Shown piece by piece: positions 26,785-36,483 of a stretch of DNA of 44,840 nucleotides. The position numbers and the translations under genes are program-made. Under the pieces are notes generated by a model that searched no databases, was not told the origin of the DNA, and saw only the letters and a program-made list of their open reading frames with translations. The stretch spans positions 17,404 to 62,243 of the forward strand of contig DUBL01000274.1 in assembly GCA_012960345.1 (NCBI GenBank). Reading direction: 5' to 3'. Position 1 is the stretch's first letter, and the number at the start of each line of letters is the position of its first letter. Source of the stretch: Gammaproteobacteria bacterium (GTDB lineage Bacteria; Pseudomonadota; Gammaproteobacteria; Arenicellales; UBA868).

Positions 26785-28119
26785 ATGATTTTGACTCGCC
26801 AGTCACCGCAGAGCGTGATTCGACACAAGCGCGATGGTGAGCAACTTGATACAGCAGCGATTGGAGATATGGTGGCTGCAGTCGTCGATGGAACGGCTAG
26901 CGAAGGGCAGATCGCGGCCTTTGCTATGGCGGTGTTTTTTCGAGGCATGGTGATTGATGAGAGTGTGGCGCTAACAGCTGCTATGCGAGATTCGGGCACT
27001 GTTCTGACCTGGCCACTGGACCAGTTGCGTGGCCCCGTGATTGATAAACACTCGACTGGGGGTGTGGGCGATACCGTGAGTTTGGTTTTAGCGCCCATGT
27101 TGGCGGCTTGTAATGCGCACGTGCCAATGATTTCGGGGCGTGGGTTGGGGCACACAGGTGGGACGCTCGACAAACTTGAGAGTATCCCAGGTTATGCCAT
27201 TCACCCGGACAAGAGGCGGTTTATGGACACGGTGGTGCGGACGGGCTGCGCGATTGTTGGGCAGTCAGACGAATTGGTGCCGGCTGATCGCAAGTTTTAT
27301 GCCGTGCGGGATGTCACTGCAACGGTCGAATCGATTCCTCTTATTACAGCCTCGATTCTTTCGAAGAAACTGGCGGCGGGTCTTTCTGCATTGGTTATGG
27401 ATATCAAAGTGGGTAACGGCGCGTTTGCATCGAATATGACGGCGGCCGAGACACTCGCGACATCTATTGTGCGCGTTGGACAGCAACTGAATCTGAATAC
27501 GACTGCCCTGTTGACTGATATGAATCAGCCACTGGGGAACACTGCCGGCAATGCACTGGAAGTGCAAAGTGCGATTGACTATTTGACAGGTCGCTATCGT
27601 GATAAACGTCTGCACACCGTAGTTTTGGCACTGGGTGTTGAACTGTTGGAAATGACCGGGTTGGCTTCGAATGCATCGGTTGCGCACCAGTGGCTACAGC
27701 AAGTACTGGACAATGGAGCGGCAGCAGAACGATTTGAGGCGATGGTAGCAGCATTGGGAGGCCCACGAGATCTGCTGAATGTAGGTCAGCGTCGATTGCC
27801 TACTGCGCCTTGTGTGCGTCCAGTACTGGCGGCGTACACGGGGGTGGTCAACACGCTTGATACCCGCCAACTGGGTGAGATCGTGGTCCAGCTTGGCGGT
27901 GGTCGTCTGCAGATTGACGACCGGGTCGATCCAGCCGTTGGACTGTCGAGTTTGCCGCGAGTTGGGCAAACGTTTCATGCCGGCGATGTGCTGTGTCAGG
28001 TCCATGCTCGTGACGATGCGGCGGCGAGTGACGCGATAACCGCGGTGCAACTAGCCATTGTCATATCCGAGACTGATGTATCTGTTTCAGGACCGGTTTA
28101 TCGTAAGGTTGCGGCATAG
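26785..28119 (+). CDS. deoA: thymidine (pyrimidine-nucleoside) phosphorylase
   Basis: 'IRHKRDG', 'SEGQIAAFAMAVFFRGM', 'DKHSTGGVGD' and 'SGRGLGHTGGTLDKLESIPG'. ATG 26785 ('MILTRQ') aligns with known DeoA N-termini, and GTG 26740 is an alternative. Confidence 0.92.
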   Translation: MILTRQSPQSVIRHKRDGEQLDTAAIGDMVAAVVDGTASEGQIAAFAMAVFFRGMVIDESVALTAAMRDSGTVLTWPLDQLRGPVIDKHSTGGVGDTVSLVLAPMLAACNAHVPMISGRGLGHTGGTLDKLESIPGYAIHPDKRRFMDTVVRTGCAIVGQSDELVPADRKFYAVRDVTATVESIPLITASILSKKLAAGLSALVMDIKVGNGAFASNMTAAETLATSIVRVGQQLNLNTTALLTDMNQPLGNTAGNALEVQSAIDYLTGRYRDKRLHTVVLALGVELLEMTGLASNASVAHQWLQQVLDNGAAAERFEAMVAALGGPRDLLNVGQRRLPTAPCVRPVLAAYTGVVNTLDTRQLGEIVVQLGGGRLQIDDRVDPAVGLSSLPRVGQTFHAGDVLCQVHARDDAAASDAITAVQLAIVISETDVSVSGPVYRKVAA

Positions 28120-28137
28120 GCCTCGTTCCCCAGCAGT

Positions 28138-29085
28138 TCAGTGCCGGAGGTTGATAAAGTCAATGCCGCAGGTCTCTACCAGGCGGTCTGAAAACTCTTC
28201 TCGTGTAAACGTATGATTTTGTGTGCCGCGGTGTTCAACTTTAATGGCGCCCAGAAGTGCACCCACTCGCCCAGCGATATCCCAACTCCAGCCTTTGTCA
28301 AGCGCATAGAGTAATCCTGCCCGATAGGCATCGCCGCAACCTGTCGGATCGATGGCGCTGGTTACCGATACAGCTGGAATCGTGATGGTTTCTCCATTGA
28401 CGTGTATCTCAGAACCTTCGCCACCTCGTGTGATGATTAGCGCATCGACCCGCGCCGCCAGATCTTCGATACGGCCACCGGTCGTGTTCATCAACAATTG
28501 TGATTCGTAATCGTTTAGGACACACCAGGTTGATTGGTCGAGACAAGTGATAAGTTCGTCCCTCGAAAACAAGGGCAGGTTCTGGCCTGGATCAAACAGG
28601 AATGGAATACCCTTGGCCGCGAAATCACGGGCATGTTGGAGCATGGCGTCACGGCCATCGGGTGCTACGATGCCGAGTGCGATATCGTGTGCGTCGCCGA
28701 CTCGATTCTGATGGGCTTCGGCCATCGCCCCGGGGTGAAATGAGGTGATCTGGTTGTTGTCTTGATCGGTGGTGATGGTGCACTGCGCTGTGTACAGTTC
28801 TGGTAATTCCCGCACCAGGTGGTCCGGAATATTTAGTGTCCGCAGGCGTTGACGATATTCTTGAAAATCTTTTCCTACGGTCCCCATGGGTAACGGATTG
28901 CCACCCAGCAGCTTTAGATTGTACGCAATGTTACCGGCACAGCCGCCATACTCACGGCGTAGCTCCGGAGTCACAAAACAGACATTCAAAATGTGAATCT
29001 GATCAGGAAGAATGTAATTTTTAAACTGATCCGGAAACACCATGATGGTGTCATAGGCAAAAGAACCACAAATCAGAATAGGCAA
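28138..29085 (-). CDS. PfkB-family carbohydrate/nucleoside kinase (adenosine-kinase-like)
   Basis: 315 aa with 'ICGSFAYDTIM', 'GGCAGNIAYNLKLLGG' and 'DPTGCGDAYRAGLLYAL' (PfkB signature 2). Confidence 0.8.
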   Translation of the reverse strand: MPILICGSFAYDTIMVFPDQFKNYILPDQIHILNVCFVTPELRREYGGCAGNIAYNLKLLGGNPLPMGTVGKDFQEYRQRLRTLNIPDHLVRELPELYTAQCTITTDQDNNQITSFHPGAMAEAHQNRVGDAHDIALGIVAPDGRDAMLQHARDFAAKGIPFLFDPGQNLPLFSRDELITCLDQSTWCVLNDYESQLLMNTTGGRIEDLAARVDALIITRGGEGSEIHVNGETITIPAVSVTSAIDPTGCGDAYRAGLLYALDKGWSWDIAGRVGALLGAIKVEHRGTQNHTFTREEFSDRLVETCGIDFINLRH

Positions 29086-29133
29086 AACTTTAGGAGCTCA
29101 ATCGATCGGTGGAATGAAAAGCGGGGCAATCAG

Positions 29134-29577
29134 TCAGTTGCTTTTGCTCATTGAGCAACGTCCAGACTCTTTCATACCATTGCACACGCCGTAAAGTGAC
29201 AGCGAGTGGTCCTCCATGGAGAAACCTGCTTTGGTTGCTACATTACGTTGTTGCTGTTCTATCGTACGATCGACAAATTCAAACACCTTGCCACACTCAA
29301 CGCACACCATGTGGTCGTGGTGAGCCCCGTTGTCGAGTTCATACAGGGATCTTCCGCCTTCGAAGTTATGACGGATAACTAGCCCGGCCGTTTCAAATTG
29401 GGTCAGGATGCGATAAACCGTTGCAAGCCCAATTTCCTGTTCAGTTTCGAGCAACCGTTTGTAGACATCTTCGGCAGTCATGTGATGGACTGGGCTTGTT
29501 TCTAGCACATCGAGAACCTTGAGACGGGGCTGAGTCGTCTTCAGTCCAGCTTGCCTGAGGTTCGTGGTATTGGGCAT
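29134..29577 (-). CDS. fur: ferric uptake regulator
   Basis: 'AGLKTTQPRLKVL', 'LATVYRILTQFE' and 'HHDHMVCVECGKVFEF'. There is a short Cys-containing C-terminal tail. Confidence 0.93.
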   Translation of the reverse strand: MPNTTNLRQAGLKTTQPRLKVLDVLETSPVHHMTAEDVYKRLLETEQEIGLATVYRILTQFETAGLVIRHNFEGGRSLYELDNGAHHDHMVCVECGKVFEFVDRTIEQQQRNVATKAGFSMEDHSLSLYGVCNGMKESGRCSMSKSN

Positions 29578-29635
29578 AGGTTTCTAAAGGATCAAGCGTG
29601 GCGGTCATTATACGATGCAGTTGGGCGAGCGGGTA

Positions 29636-30847
29636 CTAGGTTGCAGCGTACCTAGCAGCCCGCGGTAGATCTCCGGAAAGGCCGGTCGCTCGGTGCACAA
29701 AAAACCGATTGATAAGCGGGTTGTGTTGGCAAAAGGACATGCCCGCTGCTCTAAGTTGGTGCGCCAATGGGTTCGATTGTTGAAAAAATTGGTGTATGCC
29801 TTCGATCGCGGCCAAGGCAAGGGTGTTCTCCCCCTTGCGCCAACGTTCATACCGACGAAGTGTCGAGGTACCCCCGATATCACGATGGCGTTCTATAACG
29901 TGCAAGATTGTCTCAGCCAATGACGCTGCGTCCAGTAAGCCCAAGTTAACCCCAAGTCCTGCCAGCGGATGAAGTGTATGCGCGGCGTCGCCGATCAGCG
30001 CTATTCGCTTTACACAGTAGGTTGAGGTGTGCAGTTGTTCCAGGATAAATGACTGCCTCGGTGTGGCGGAGGTAACGTCCAGTTGATTCGGAAAAGCGGT
30101 ATTCAATTCAGCCAGAAAGTCAGAATCCGTCATTGCCATGAGCTTTGCGGCATACGCGCTATCCGCTGACCAGACAATTGAACAACGACCATCGGCAAGT
30201 GGTAGGAATGCGATCGGACCGGTTGGCAGAAACCGTTGACGTGCGATGTCGCCATGGTGTTCCCGCGTTGTCACGGTGGAGACCAGTGCGGTCTGCCCGT
30301 AAGGCGCTCGATTGAATGCAATACCGGAGAGAGAGCGTATCGTTGATGTCGCACCATCGGCGCCAACCAGCAGGCGCGCAGTGATGACTTGGTGCTGCTC
30401 GGTGCTAACAAGAATTTGTCCTTGCGCATGGTTGACCGATTGCACTCGGTCGTCTTGGCTGACCGTAACGTTTGGCGCTGCGTCAAGGCGCAGGCGCAGT
30501 GCCTCAATAATCGCCGAGTTCTCGACAATGTGCCCGAGATGCGCGAGTCCAGAATCAGCGGCGTCGAAGCACAGCATCTGCCCCGTGGCTTGGTCACTGA
30601 CTTCAATTTCGCGAAAAGGAGCTACCCGTCTTTCTCGAACATGCTGCCAACTATCGACAGAGGACAATATGGATTCTGAGGCTAGGTTAATCGCGCTGAC
30701 GCGAGGGTCATAGTGGTGTTCTTGCCAGGGAGAGGGCGGGTGTGCATTGATCACATGGATCTGCAATGGGCTGTCGGCGAGGGCGGCGGCAAAAGCGCTG
30801 CCGACCATGCCGCCGCCAGCGACGACTATATCGATGGGGTCAGCCAT
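29636..30847 (-). CDS. ubiI: UbiH/UbiF/VisC/COQ6-family FAD-dependent ubiquinone-biosynthesis hydroxylase (UbiI/VisC position)
   Basis: 'DIVVAGGGMVGSAFAAAL', 'LLVGADGATSTIR' and 'IALIGDAAHTLHPLAGLGVNLGLLD'. The start is set at 'MADPIDIVV' (30847), which overlaps the ubiH stop by 8 nt. The ORF-track start 31090 lies inside ubiH. Confidence 0.82.
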   Translation of the reverse strand: MADPIDIVVAGGGMVGSAFAAALADSPLQIHVINAHPPSPWQEHHYDPRVSAINLASESILSSVDSWQHVRERRVAPFREIEVSDQATGQMLCFDAADSGLAHLGHIVENSAIIEALRLRLDAAPNVTVSQDDRVQSVNHAQGQILVSTEQHQVITARLLVGADGATSTIRSLSGIAFNRAPYGQTALVSTVTTREHHGDIARQRFLPTGPIAFLPLADGRCSIVWSADSAYAAKLMAMTDSDFLAELNTAFPNQLDVTSATPRQSFILEQLHTSTYCVKRIALIGDAAHTLHPLAGLGVNLGLLDAASLAETILHVIERHRDIGGTSTLRRYERWRKGENTLALAAIEGIHQFFQQSNPLAHQLRAAGMSFCQHNPLINRFFVHRATGLSGDLPRAARYAAT

Positions 30848-32105
30848 GAGGCATCGCAGGGGCCTTGGCGTGTGTCTGAAGCGGTAAGCCTCGCGCAAGG
30901 CGCGGCAGACGACCCGCAAGTCCGGTCGTGCGTCGTAATAACGTTCGTTTGATCGGAGGCGCGATATCCAACAGGTTGAGACCGATGTTTCGCGCAAGAC
31001 CAACCCCCGGAACGTTGTTTGAAAACAGCCGAACGAGGCCATCGGTGAAAGAGAGGACTCGGCGGGTTTGGCCTCGGCGCGTGGCCACATAAGCGGCTAG
31101 AAAGGCAGTGTTGCCAATGTCATGTTTTTCATGGTGGGCTGCCTGTAGACGCTCTGCGAGCTCTGCAACATCACGCAGTCCAAGGTTGAGGCCTTGGCCC
31201 GCCACCGGGTGCATGATGTGTGCTGCGTTACCAATGGCGACTGCTCTTGCGGTTGCGGCGTTGGGGACATCGGTCAGATGTAGTGGGAAAACATGGCGAG
31301 CAGTGGCGCTTAAGAAAGTGCCCGCTCGGTCACCAAAACAGTGCTGCAGTTTGGCAAGAAAGATTGATTCTGGCAGTGAGGCAAGCGCAGGGGCTTGATC
31401 GGCAGGTAAAGTCCAAGCCAGCGCGAAGCGCGGCCCCGCGAGTGGCAATAGGGCAAGTGGTCCACCTAAAGTAAAACGCTCGAAGGCGAGTTGTCCGTGC
31501 ACCTTGCTGGTTAGCACGGTGGTCACTAGAACGGCCTGGTCGTAGGTTTTCTCGGAGGCATCCAGCCCAAATTGTTGACGCAGTGTGGATCGACCGCCGT
31601 CAGCGAGGACCACTAACCGAGCGGTGAGTGAAAGATCTGTTGCGCTACATCGAACGACCGCCTGTGTGTCCATGACGGAAACCTGATCACAGATCGCGGG
31701 CGTGTAGTGATCGACGGTGCCACAAGTGTTCAGTTGTGCAGTGAGAACGGCACGAAGTGAGTGGGCGGGTACTACATAACCCAGCGCCGACTGACCGATC
31801 AGTGTGCGGTCGAGTCGTGTGATGCCGCTATGACCTGCATTTGATACATGCAGTCGATGAATCGGAGAGGCCAGAGGCTCAACCTGGCGCCAGGCGCCAA
31901 TGCCTTCGAGAATCTGACGCGACCCCCAATTCAGGGCCAATGTGCGCTGATCAGTCCCCGGCGCTGGGGTGGTGTCTCCCGTGGCGGCTTCGAGTAGTGC
32001 AACGCGCAGGCCAAGCGGGTGCAGGGCTAAGGCTAGACTGGTGCCAACCAGACCCCCACCGATGATAACGATGTCATAAGCGCCGTTGGCGGTTTTAGTT
32101 GACAC
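30840..32105 (-). CDS. ubiH: 2-octaprenyl-6-methoxyphenol hydroxylase-type FAD monooxygenase
   Basis: 'DIVIIGGGLVGTSLALAL', 'LVVLADGGRSTLR' and 'AIGNAAHIMHPVAGQGLNLGLRD'. The synteny pepP-ubiH-ubiI matches enterics and pseudomonads. Confidence 0.85.
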   Translation of the reverse strand: MSTKTANGAYDIVIIGGGLVGTSLALALHPLGLRVALLEAATGDTTPAPGTDQRTLALNWGSRQILEGIGAWRQVEPLASPIHRLHVSNAGHSGITRLDRTLIGQSALGYVVPAHSLRAVLTAQLNTCGTVDHYTPAICDQVSVMDTQAVVRCSATDLSLTARLVVLADGGRSTLRQQFGLDASEKTYDQAVLVTTVLTSKVHGQLAFERFTLGGPLALLPLAGPRFALAWTLPADQAPALASLPESIFLAKLQHCFGDRAGTFLSATARHVFPLHLTDVPNAATARAVAIGNAAHIMHPVAGQGLNLGLRDVAELAERLQAAHHEKHDIGNTAFLAAYVATRRGQTRRVLSFTDGLVRLFSNNVPGVGLARNIGLNLLDIAPPIKRTLLRRTTGLAGRLPRLARGLPLQTHAKAPAMPHG

Positions 32106-33405
32106 GTGCAGTTGCCATCAATGCTTCAATGTCAGCGGGGTGTTTCGGAACGTCGCCAGTTAACACTTCGGCACCAGTGGAGGTTACCAATACATCGTCT
32201 TCTATCCTGATGCCAATATTGTGCCATCGTTGATCGACGTCTTTGCCCGCTGTGATATACAGGCCGGGCTCAACGGTTAGTACCATGCCGTTTTCCAGCA
32301 TACGCCACGCGTTGTCGATTTTGTATTCTCCGACATCATGCACATCGAGTCCTAACCAATGACCGGTACGGTGCATATAAAACCGACGGTAGGCACCCTC
32401 TTCGATGCATTGATCAACATTTCCGCTGAGCAAGCCCAGTTCAATTAATCCTTGCGTCAGTACCATCACGGCGGCTTCATGGGGGTCATTCCACGACTGA
32501 CCAGGCCTGATCATGTCGATAGCGGCCAGTTGTGAAGCCAGTACAATTTCATAGAGGGCCTGTTGTTCCGGAGAAAACCGCCCATTGACCGGAAACGTTC
32601 GCGTGATATCGGCCGCATAACAGTCAATTTCGGCACCCGCGTCGATCAACAGCAGGTCACCGTCGTTAAGGACATCTGCATTTTCTGTGTAGTGCAAAAT
32701 GCAGGCGTTGGCGCCGCCCGCAACAATGGAAGGGTAGGCCCACGATTTGGCACCGCCACGGCCAAATTCATACTCAAGTTCTGCTTGCACTTGCCCTTCT
32801 GTCATCCCCGGATGGCAGGTTGTCATCGCACGACGATGGGCGGTCGCAGAGACCTGTGCGGCACGTTTCATGTGTCGAATCTCCTCGCGCTGCTTGATCA
32901 GACGAAGTTCATGCAAAATATGGCCAAGATCGATCAATTCTTCTGGTGCAGAGATGCCGGAGCGCACCTTCGACTTCACTTCGCCGACCCAGCGTAGTAA
33001 ACGCTTATCGAAATCGGCATAGCGGCCCAGGTTGTAGTAGATCTTCGGCCGATTTTCGATCAGTCCAGGCAAAATATCGCCAATGTCCTCAATCGGAAAC
33101 GCGTCGTCCGCGTCAAAGTGATTGCAGGCACCTTCCAGTCCGGCGCGCCGCCCATGCCAGGTTTCTTGTTCGGGGTTGCTTTCGCGACAAAAGAGAACGA
33201 ACTCACCCTCCGCGCGTCCCGGGATCAAAACCGCCACCGCTTGAGGTTCAGGGAAATGCGTAACGTAGTAGAAATCGCTGTCCGGGCGAAAAGGGTAGTG
33301 CACGTCACTGTTTCGTTGCGACTCAGGTGCAGTAGGGATGATGGCGATGCCTTCACCCATTAAGTCCATAATGGCGCGTCGCCGTCGCTCATGAATGATC
33401 GTCAT
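32095..33405 (-). CDS. pepP: Xaa-Pro aminopeptidase
   Basis: 'HYPFRPDSDFYY', 'LLLIDAGAEIDCYAADITRTFP', 'HRTGHWLGLDVHD' and 'GIRIEDDVLVT' (M24B metal ligands). Confidence 0.93.
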   Translation of the reverse strand: MTIIHERRRRAIMDLMGEGIAIIPTAPESQRNSDVHYPFRPDSDFYYVTHFPEPQAVAVLIPGRAEGEFVLFCRESNPEQETWHGRRAGLEGACNHFDADDAFPIEDIGDILPGLIENRPKIYYNLGRYADFDKRLLRWVGEVKSKVRSGISAPEELIDLGHILHELRLIKQREEIRHMKRAAQVSATAHRRAMTTCHPGMTEGQVQAELEYEFGRGGAKSWAYPSIVAGGANACILHYTENADVLNDGDLLLIDAGAEIDCYAADITRTFPVNGRFSPEQQALYEIVLASQLAAIDMIRPGQSWNDPHEAAVMVLTQGLIELGLLSGNVDQCIEEGAYRRFYMHRTGHWLGLDVHDVGEYKIDNAWRMLENGMVLTVEPGLYITAGKDVDQRWHNIGIRIEDDVLVTSTGAEVLTGDVPKHPADIEALMATARVN

Positions 33406-33998
33406 TTAACTGGACCTATGGTGTTACCCGTGCCATTTGGCTTGACTCGCCCAATCGACGGGTATTCTTCGAAGACCATTTGGACTCCCAAACGGGTGTA
33501 TTCCTCCAATTCAAACAGAGCCCTCTCTTGCTCTTCGGGGCTGTCACTACCCACTTCGACTATGCCGATCTGCTCAAGATCGGACAGAAATTGTGCTATT
33601 TCATCACCCAGTCCGGCAGTCTTGAAGCGATCGCCATGGTGCAGGCCGATCACACAGCCCTGGCACCAGTCAGCCAGTGCCTGCGCCCTGGTTTCTAGTG
33701 GTTCATCGTCTCCTGGCAACAGCAAGCGAAATTCCAGATTGCCAGCGTCAAGCGTTTGTCTGATTAGCCCCATCAGGCCAGTCAATAGGTCATTTTCAAT
33801 AGCATTCTCTATCGTGTCCTGCCCCAACAGCGCTTGGCAACTGTCGAGCTCTGTCTCAAGCCAGCCGGCGCAGATAAGGCCAGTCAGGGTGCCGTGCAAC
33901 TCCGCCGCACTGAATCCCTTGCCATTGAGGTCTAATCGAGCTTGTAGTCCGACGTAAAATACGCCATCTAGTTGCAGTTTGGATGGGTCCATCATCAA
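33402..33998 (-). CDS. ygfB: UPF0149 family protein YgfB
   Basis: 198-aa acidic protein in the conserved position upstream of pepP, with a 4-nt overlap. 'ELHGTLTGLICAG' is typical of YgfB. Confidence 0.8.
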   Translation of the reverse strand: MMMDPSKLQLDGVFYVGLQARLDLNGKGFSAAELHGTLTGLICAGWLETELDSCQALLGQDTIENAIENDLLTGLMGLIRQTLDAGNLEFRLLLPGDDEPLETRAQALADWCQGCVIGLHHGDRFKTAGLGDEIAQFLSDLEQIGIVEVGSDSPEEQERALFELEEYTRLGVQMVFEEYPSIGRVKPNGTGNTIGPVK

Positions 33999-34152
33999 TG
34001 AGCAGGCCTCAAAAACAGCAGTATAGCAATGGACGCACTCGGGTCATTGACATTGACCGGAGGCGACGATCCCCCTATCATTTTTTGATCGATGCAGCGC
34101 GGGCTTGCTTGTGGCCCACGCGCACTAACTCCTTTTCGGGCGGAATGGTTCA

Positions 34153-34386
34153 ATGAAAGAAGGCGATTACCCCTTGACCGATGTGAACGATGAAGTAGAT
34201 GGCCTTGCGGGGCAATTGGAAGACCTCATCGGTGTTTGTTCCAAGTTGCAAAGTGAAAACTCAGAGTTGCGAACTAATCGGCAACAACTTGAACAAGACA
34301 ATGCACATTTGTTGGACCGAAACCGCGAAGCCAAGCATCGTATCGATCAGATTATTGATCGTCTTCGGGCATCCGACGTAGCCTGA
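34153..34386 (+). CDS. small coiled-coil protein (TIGR02449-like, ZapA-associated)
   Basis: 77 aa with a heptad-rich stretch 'LEDLIGVCSKLQSENSELRTNRQQLEQDNAHLLDRNREAKHRIDQIIDRL'. It sits directly upstream of zapA, as in pseudomonads. Confidence 0.7.
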   Translation: MKEGDYPLTDVNDEVDGLAGQLEDLIGVCSKLQSENSELRTNRQQLEQDNAHLLDRNREAKHRIDQIIDRLRASDVA

Positions 34387-34442
34387 TACAGGTCAGTCTT
34401 TCTTTCGCGTCACGCTCATTATTCCTCGAGAGTTTTCTACAC

Positions 34443-34745
34443 ATGGCAAAAGAAAGTGTCACAGTGAACATTATGGATCGACAGTTTACGGTGGGTTGCA
34501 AGAAGCAGGAGCGAGAAGACCTTTTGAATGCCGCAGCGTATCTCGATGATCAATTACGTTCTGTCCAAGCGCAAAGCAAAGTCGTTGGTCTTGAACACTG
34601 CGTTGTGATTGCAGCGTTAAATTTGACTAACGAACTTCTCAAGTTGCGCCGCTATCCCCAAGCACCTGAAGCGTTGTCGGAGAGAATACGAACGTTGCGC
34701 GAGCGGGTTCAGAACGTCGTTAGCGGGACGCCGATAGTCTCCTGA
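34443..34745 (+). CDS. zapA: cell division protein ZapA
   Basis: 100 aa with 'VTVNIMDRQFTVGC' and 'LLNAAAYLDDQL...VVIAALNLTNELLKL'. It is followed by 6S RNA and 5-FCL, the canonical arrangement. Confidence 0.88.
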   Translation: MAKESVTVNIMDRQFTVGCKKQEREDLLNAAAYLDDQLRSVQAQSKVVGLEHCVVIAALNLTNELLKLRRYPQAPEALSERIRTLRERVQNVVSGTPIVS

Positions 34746-34787
34746 TCCTGGTGTCGCTGGAACAAGCGAGATCAGTTAGACTGTTGT

Positions 34788-34984
34788 TGGCATCGCCTGC
34801 GGTGTTCGACTGTTTCCCTAATCCCTTAGAACCTAAATGACATATCGGGGATTGCCTTGCAGGCGTTGTTGTGCAGGTCCGGATTGTTTGATGACCGGAA
34901 AGCCTTAAGATGTCGCAGGTGCCCCACCTGAACCTATTGGTTCAAGGTACCCGGAACGGTACGGCACCAGCGGGCGATGCCACT
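34788..34984 (+). ncRNA. ssrS: 6S RNA
   Basis: It lies between zapA and the 5-FCL gene. The terminal closing stem pairs GCATCGCC (34790-34797) with GGCGATGC (34973-34980). Internal segments 'GGTGTTCG' and 'GGAAAGCCTTAAGATGTCGCAGG...CCTGAACC.ATTGGTTCAAGG' closely resemble the E. coli 6S segments 'GAUGUUCG' and 'GAGAAGCCUUAAAACUGCGACG...CCUUGAACCAAGGGUUCAAGG'. The ends are approximate, within about 5 nt. Confidence 0.85.
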
Positions 34985-35048
34985 TGCCTAGATAGATTTA
35001 ACGTCCAATCGAAAAAACTGTAATGGCAGGACAGATCGCGCCACAGCC

Positions 35049-35654
35049 ATGAGTTCGCGAGCGCAATACAAAAATAAGCTCCGTCGGGAGATGCGTCAGC
35101 GACGTCGGTCTATGTCACCCGCAGCCCAACGGCTTGCAGCCAAGGAGCTTGCGCGGCGAGTGACCCGTTTGCAGGGATTGGCCAATGTTCATCGCATCGG
35201 AGCCTATCTCGCAACGGACGGCGAGATCGACCCGCTACCTGCCTTGATTGAGTTCATGCGCCGGAACCGGCGTTGCCTGTTGCCCGTGATTGTGCCGGGA
35301 CGCCGGCCGAGGATACGGTTCGCGAGGTTTAATCTGAACAGTCGGCTGATTGCTAATCGATTCAAGATAGACGAGCCTGATGTGCCGCGCCAAGATTGGT
35401 TCGATGCGCGTGAATTAGACATCATCCTGGTTCCGCTGGTGGCATTTGATGCGCAAGGTAATCGGCTGGGTCGTGGCGGTGCTTTCTATGATGCATCGCT
35501 GGCGTCGATGCGGCACCGCTTTCATCTTAAACGGCCACGGCTGATTGGTCTTGCTCACGAATGCCAGCGTGTTGAGCGTCTCGACACGGATAGTTGGGAC
35601 ATTCCGCTTGAGGGGGTATTGACAGACCGACGTTTCCTGCGAGCCAAGGGCTAG
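35049..35654 (+). CDS. ygfA: 5-formyltetrahydrofolate cyclo-ligase
   Basis: 201 aa with 'IGAYLATDGEIDP', 'LLPV' and 'DIILVPLVAFDAQGNRLGRGGAFYD'. It sits downstream of ssrS. Confidence 0.9.
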   Translation: MSSRAQYKNKLRREMRQRRRSMSPAAQRLAAKELARRVTRLQGLANVHRIGAYLATDGEIDPLPALIEFMRRNRRCLLPVIVPGRRPRIRFARFNLNSRLIANRFKIDEPDVPRQDWFDARELDIILVPLVAFDAQGNRLGRGGAFYDASLASMRHRFHLKRPRLIGLAHECQRVERLDTDSWDIPLEGVLTDRRFLRAKG

Positions 35655-35686
35655 CGTCTTTTCGGTTAGAAGCAGACAATGCGCCC

Positions 35687-36475
35687 ATGAGGATTCTTTT
35701 TATCGGGGATGTTGTCGGTCGGCCGGGCCGGCGGGCATTACGGCGGCTCTTGCCGGAGATTCAGGATACACACAGTCCGGAATTGACCGTGGTTAACGCA
35801 GAAAACGCGGCCGGTGGATTTGGTGTGACTGCAGAAATTGTAGATGAGTTTCTGGCTTCAGGTGAAATTGATCTACTCACTTCCGGCAATCACATTTGGG
35901 ACAAGCCCGAAGCACTGACCATTGTTGACGAAGAACCCCGTTTGCTCAGACCGCAGAATTATCCCGACGGTACCCCGGGTCACGGCTGGGGCATCGCGAC
36001 TGCGTCAAATGGGGTAGAAGTAGGGGTGATCAACGTGATGGGTACGGTGTTCATGCACCCAACCCTTGATTGTCCATTTCGATGTGTCGATGCGGTGCTT
36101 GCCAGAAAACCAGATTCGGTCAGGGTGACACTGGTTGACTTTCATGCAGAAACGACCAGTGAAAAGATGGCGATGGGGTGGTACTTGGACGGGCGGGTAT
36201 CCGCGGTGGTCGGCACCCACACCCACGTGCCGACGGCAGATGAGCGAGTCTTACCAAACGGCACGGCGCACATCACTGATGTTGGTATGACCGGCTGTTA
36301 CAATTCGGTCATAGGAATGCAGACGGACAAGGTACTGCGCCGGTTTGTTGAGCGTATCCCGGAGCGATTTGAGCCAGCCACTGGACGCGGATCGGTGTGC
36401 GGAGTGATCATCGAGATCGATGAGATCGATGGTAAGAGTGTGTCAATCAAACGGGTCCGAATGGACGAAGATTGA
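35687..36475 (+). CDS. TIGR00282/YmdB-type metallophosphoesterase (2',3'-cyclic-nucleotide phosphodiesterase family)
   Basis: It is alignable by eye along its whole length to B. subtilis YmdB: 'MRILFIGDVVGRPGR', 'VVNAENAAGGFG', 'SGNHIWDK', 'DFHAETTSEKMAMGWYLDGRVSAVVGTHTHVPTAD', 'ITDVGMTG'. Confidence 0.9.
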   Translation: MRILFIGDVVGRPGRRALRRLLPEIQDTHSPELTVVNAENAAGGFGVTAEIVDEFLASGEIDLLTSGNHIWDKPEALTIVDEEPRLLRPQNYPDGTPGHGWGIATASNGVEVGVINVMGTVFMHPTLDCPFRCVDAVLARKPDSVRVTLVDFHAETTSEKMAMGWYLDGRVSAVVGTHTHVPTADERVLPNGTAHITDVGMTGCYNSVIGMQTDKVLRRFVERIPERFEPATGRGSVCGVIIEIDEIDGKSVSIKRVRMDED

Positions 36476-36483
36476 GGTAAGTG

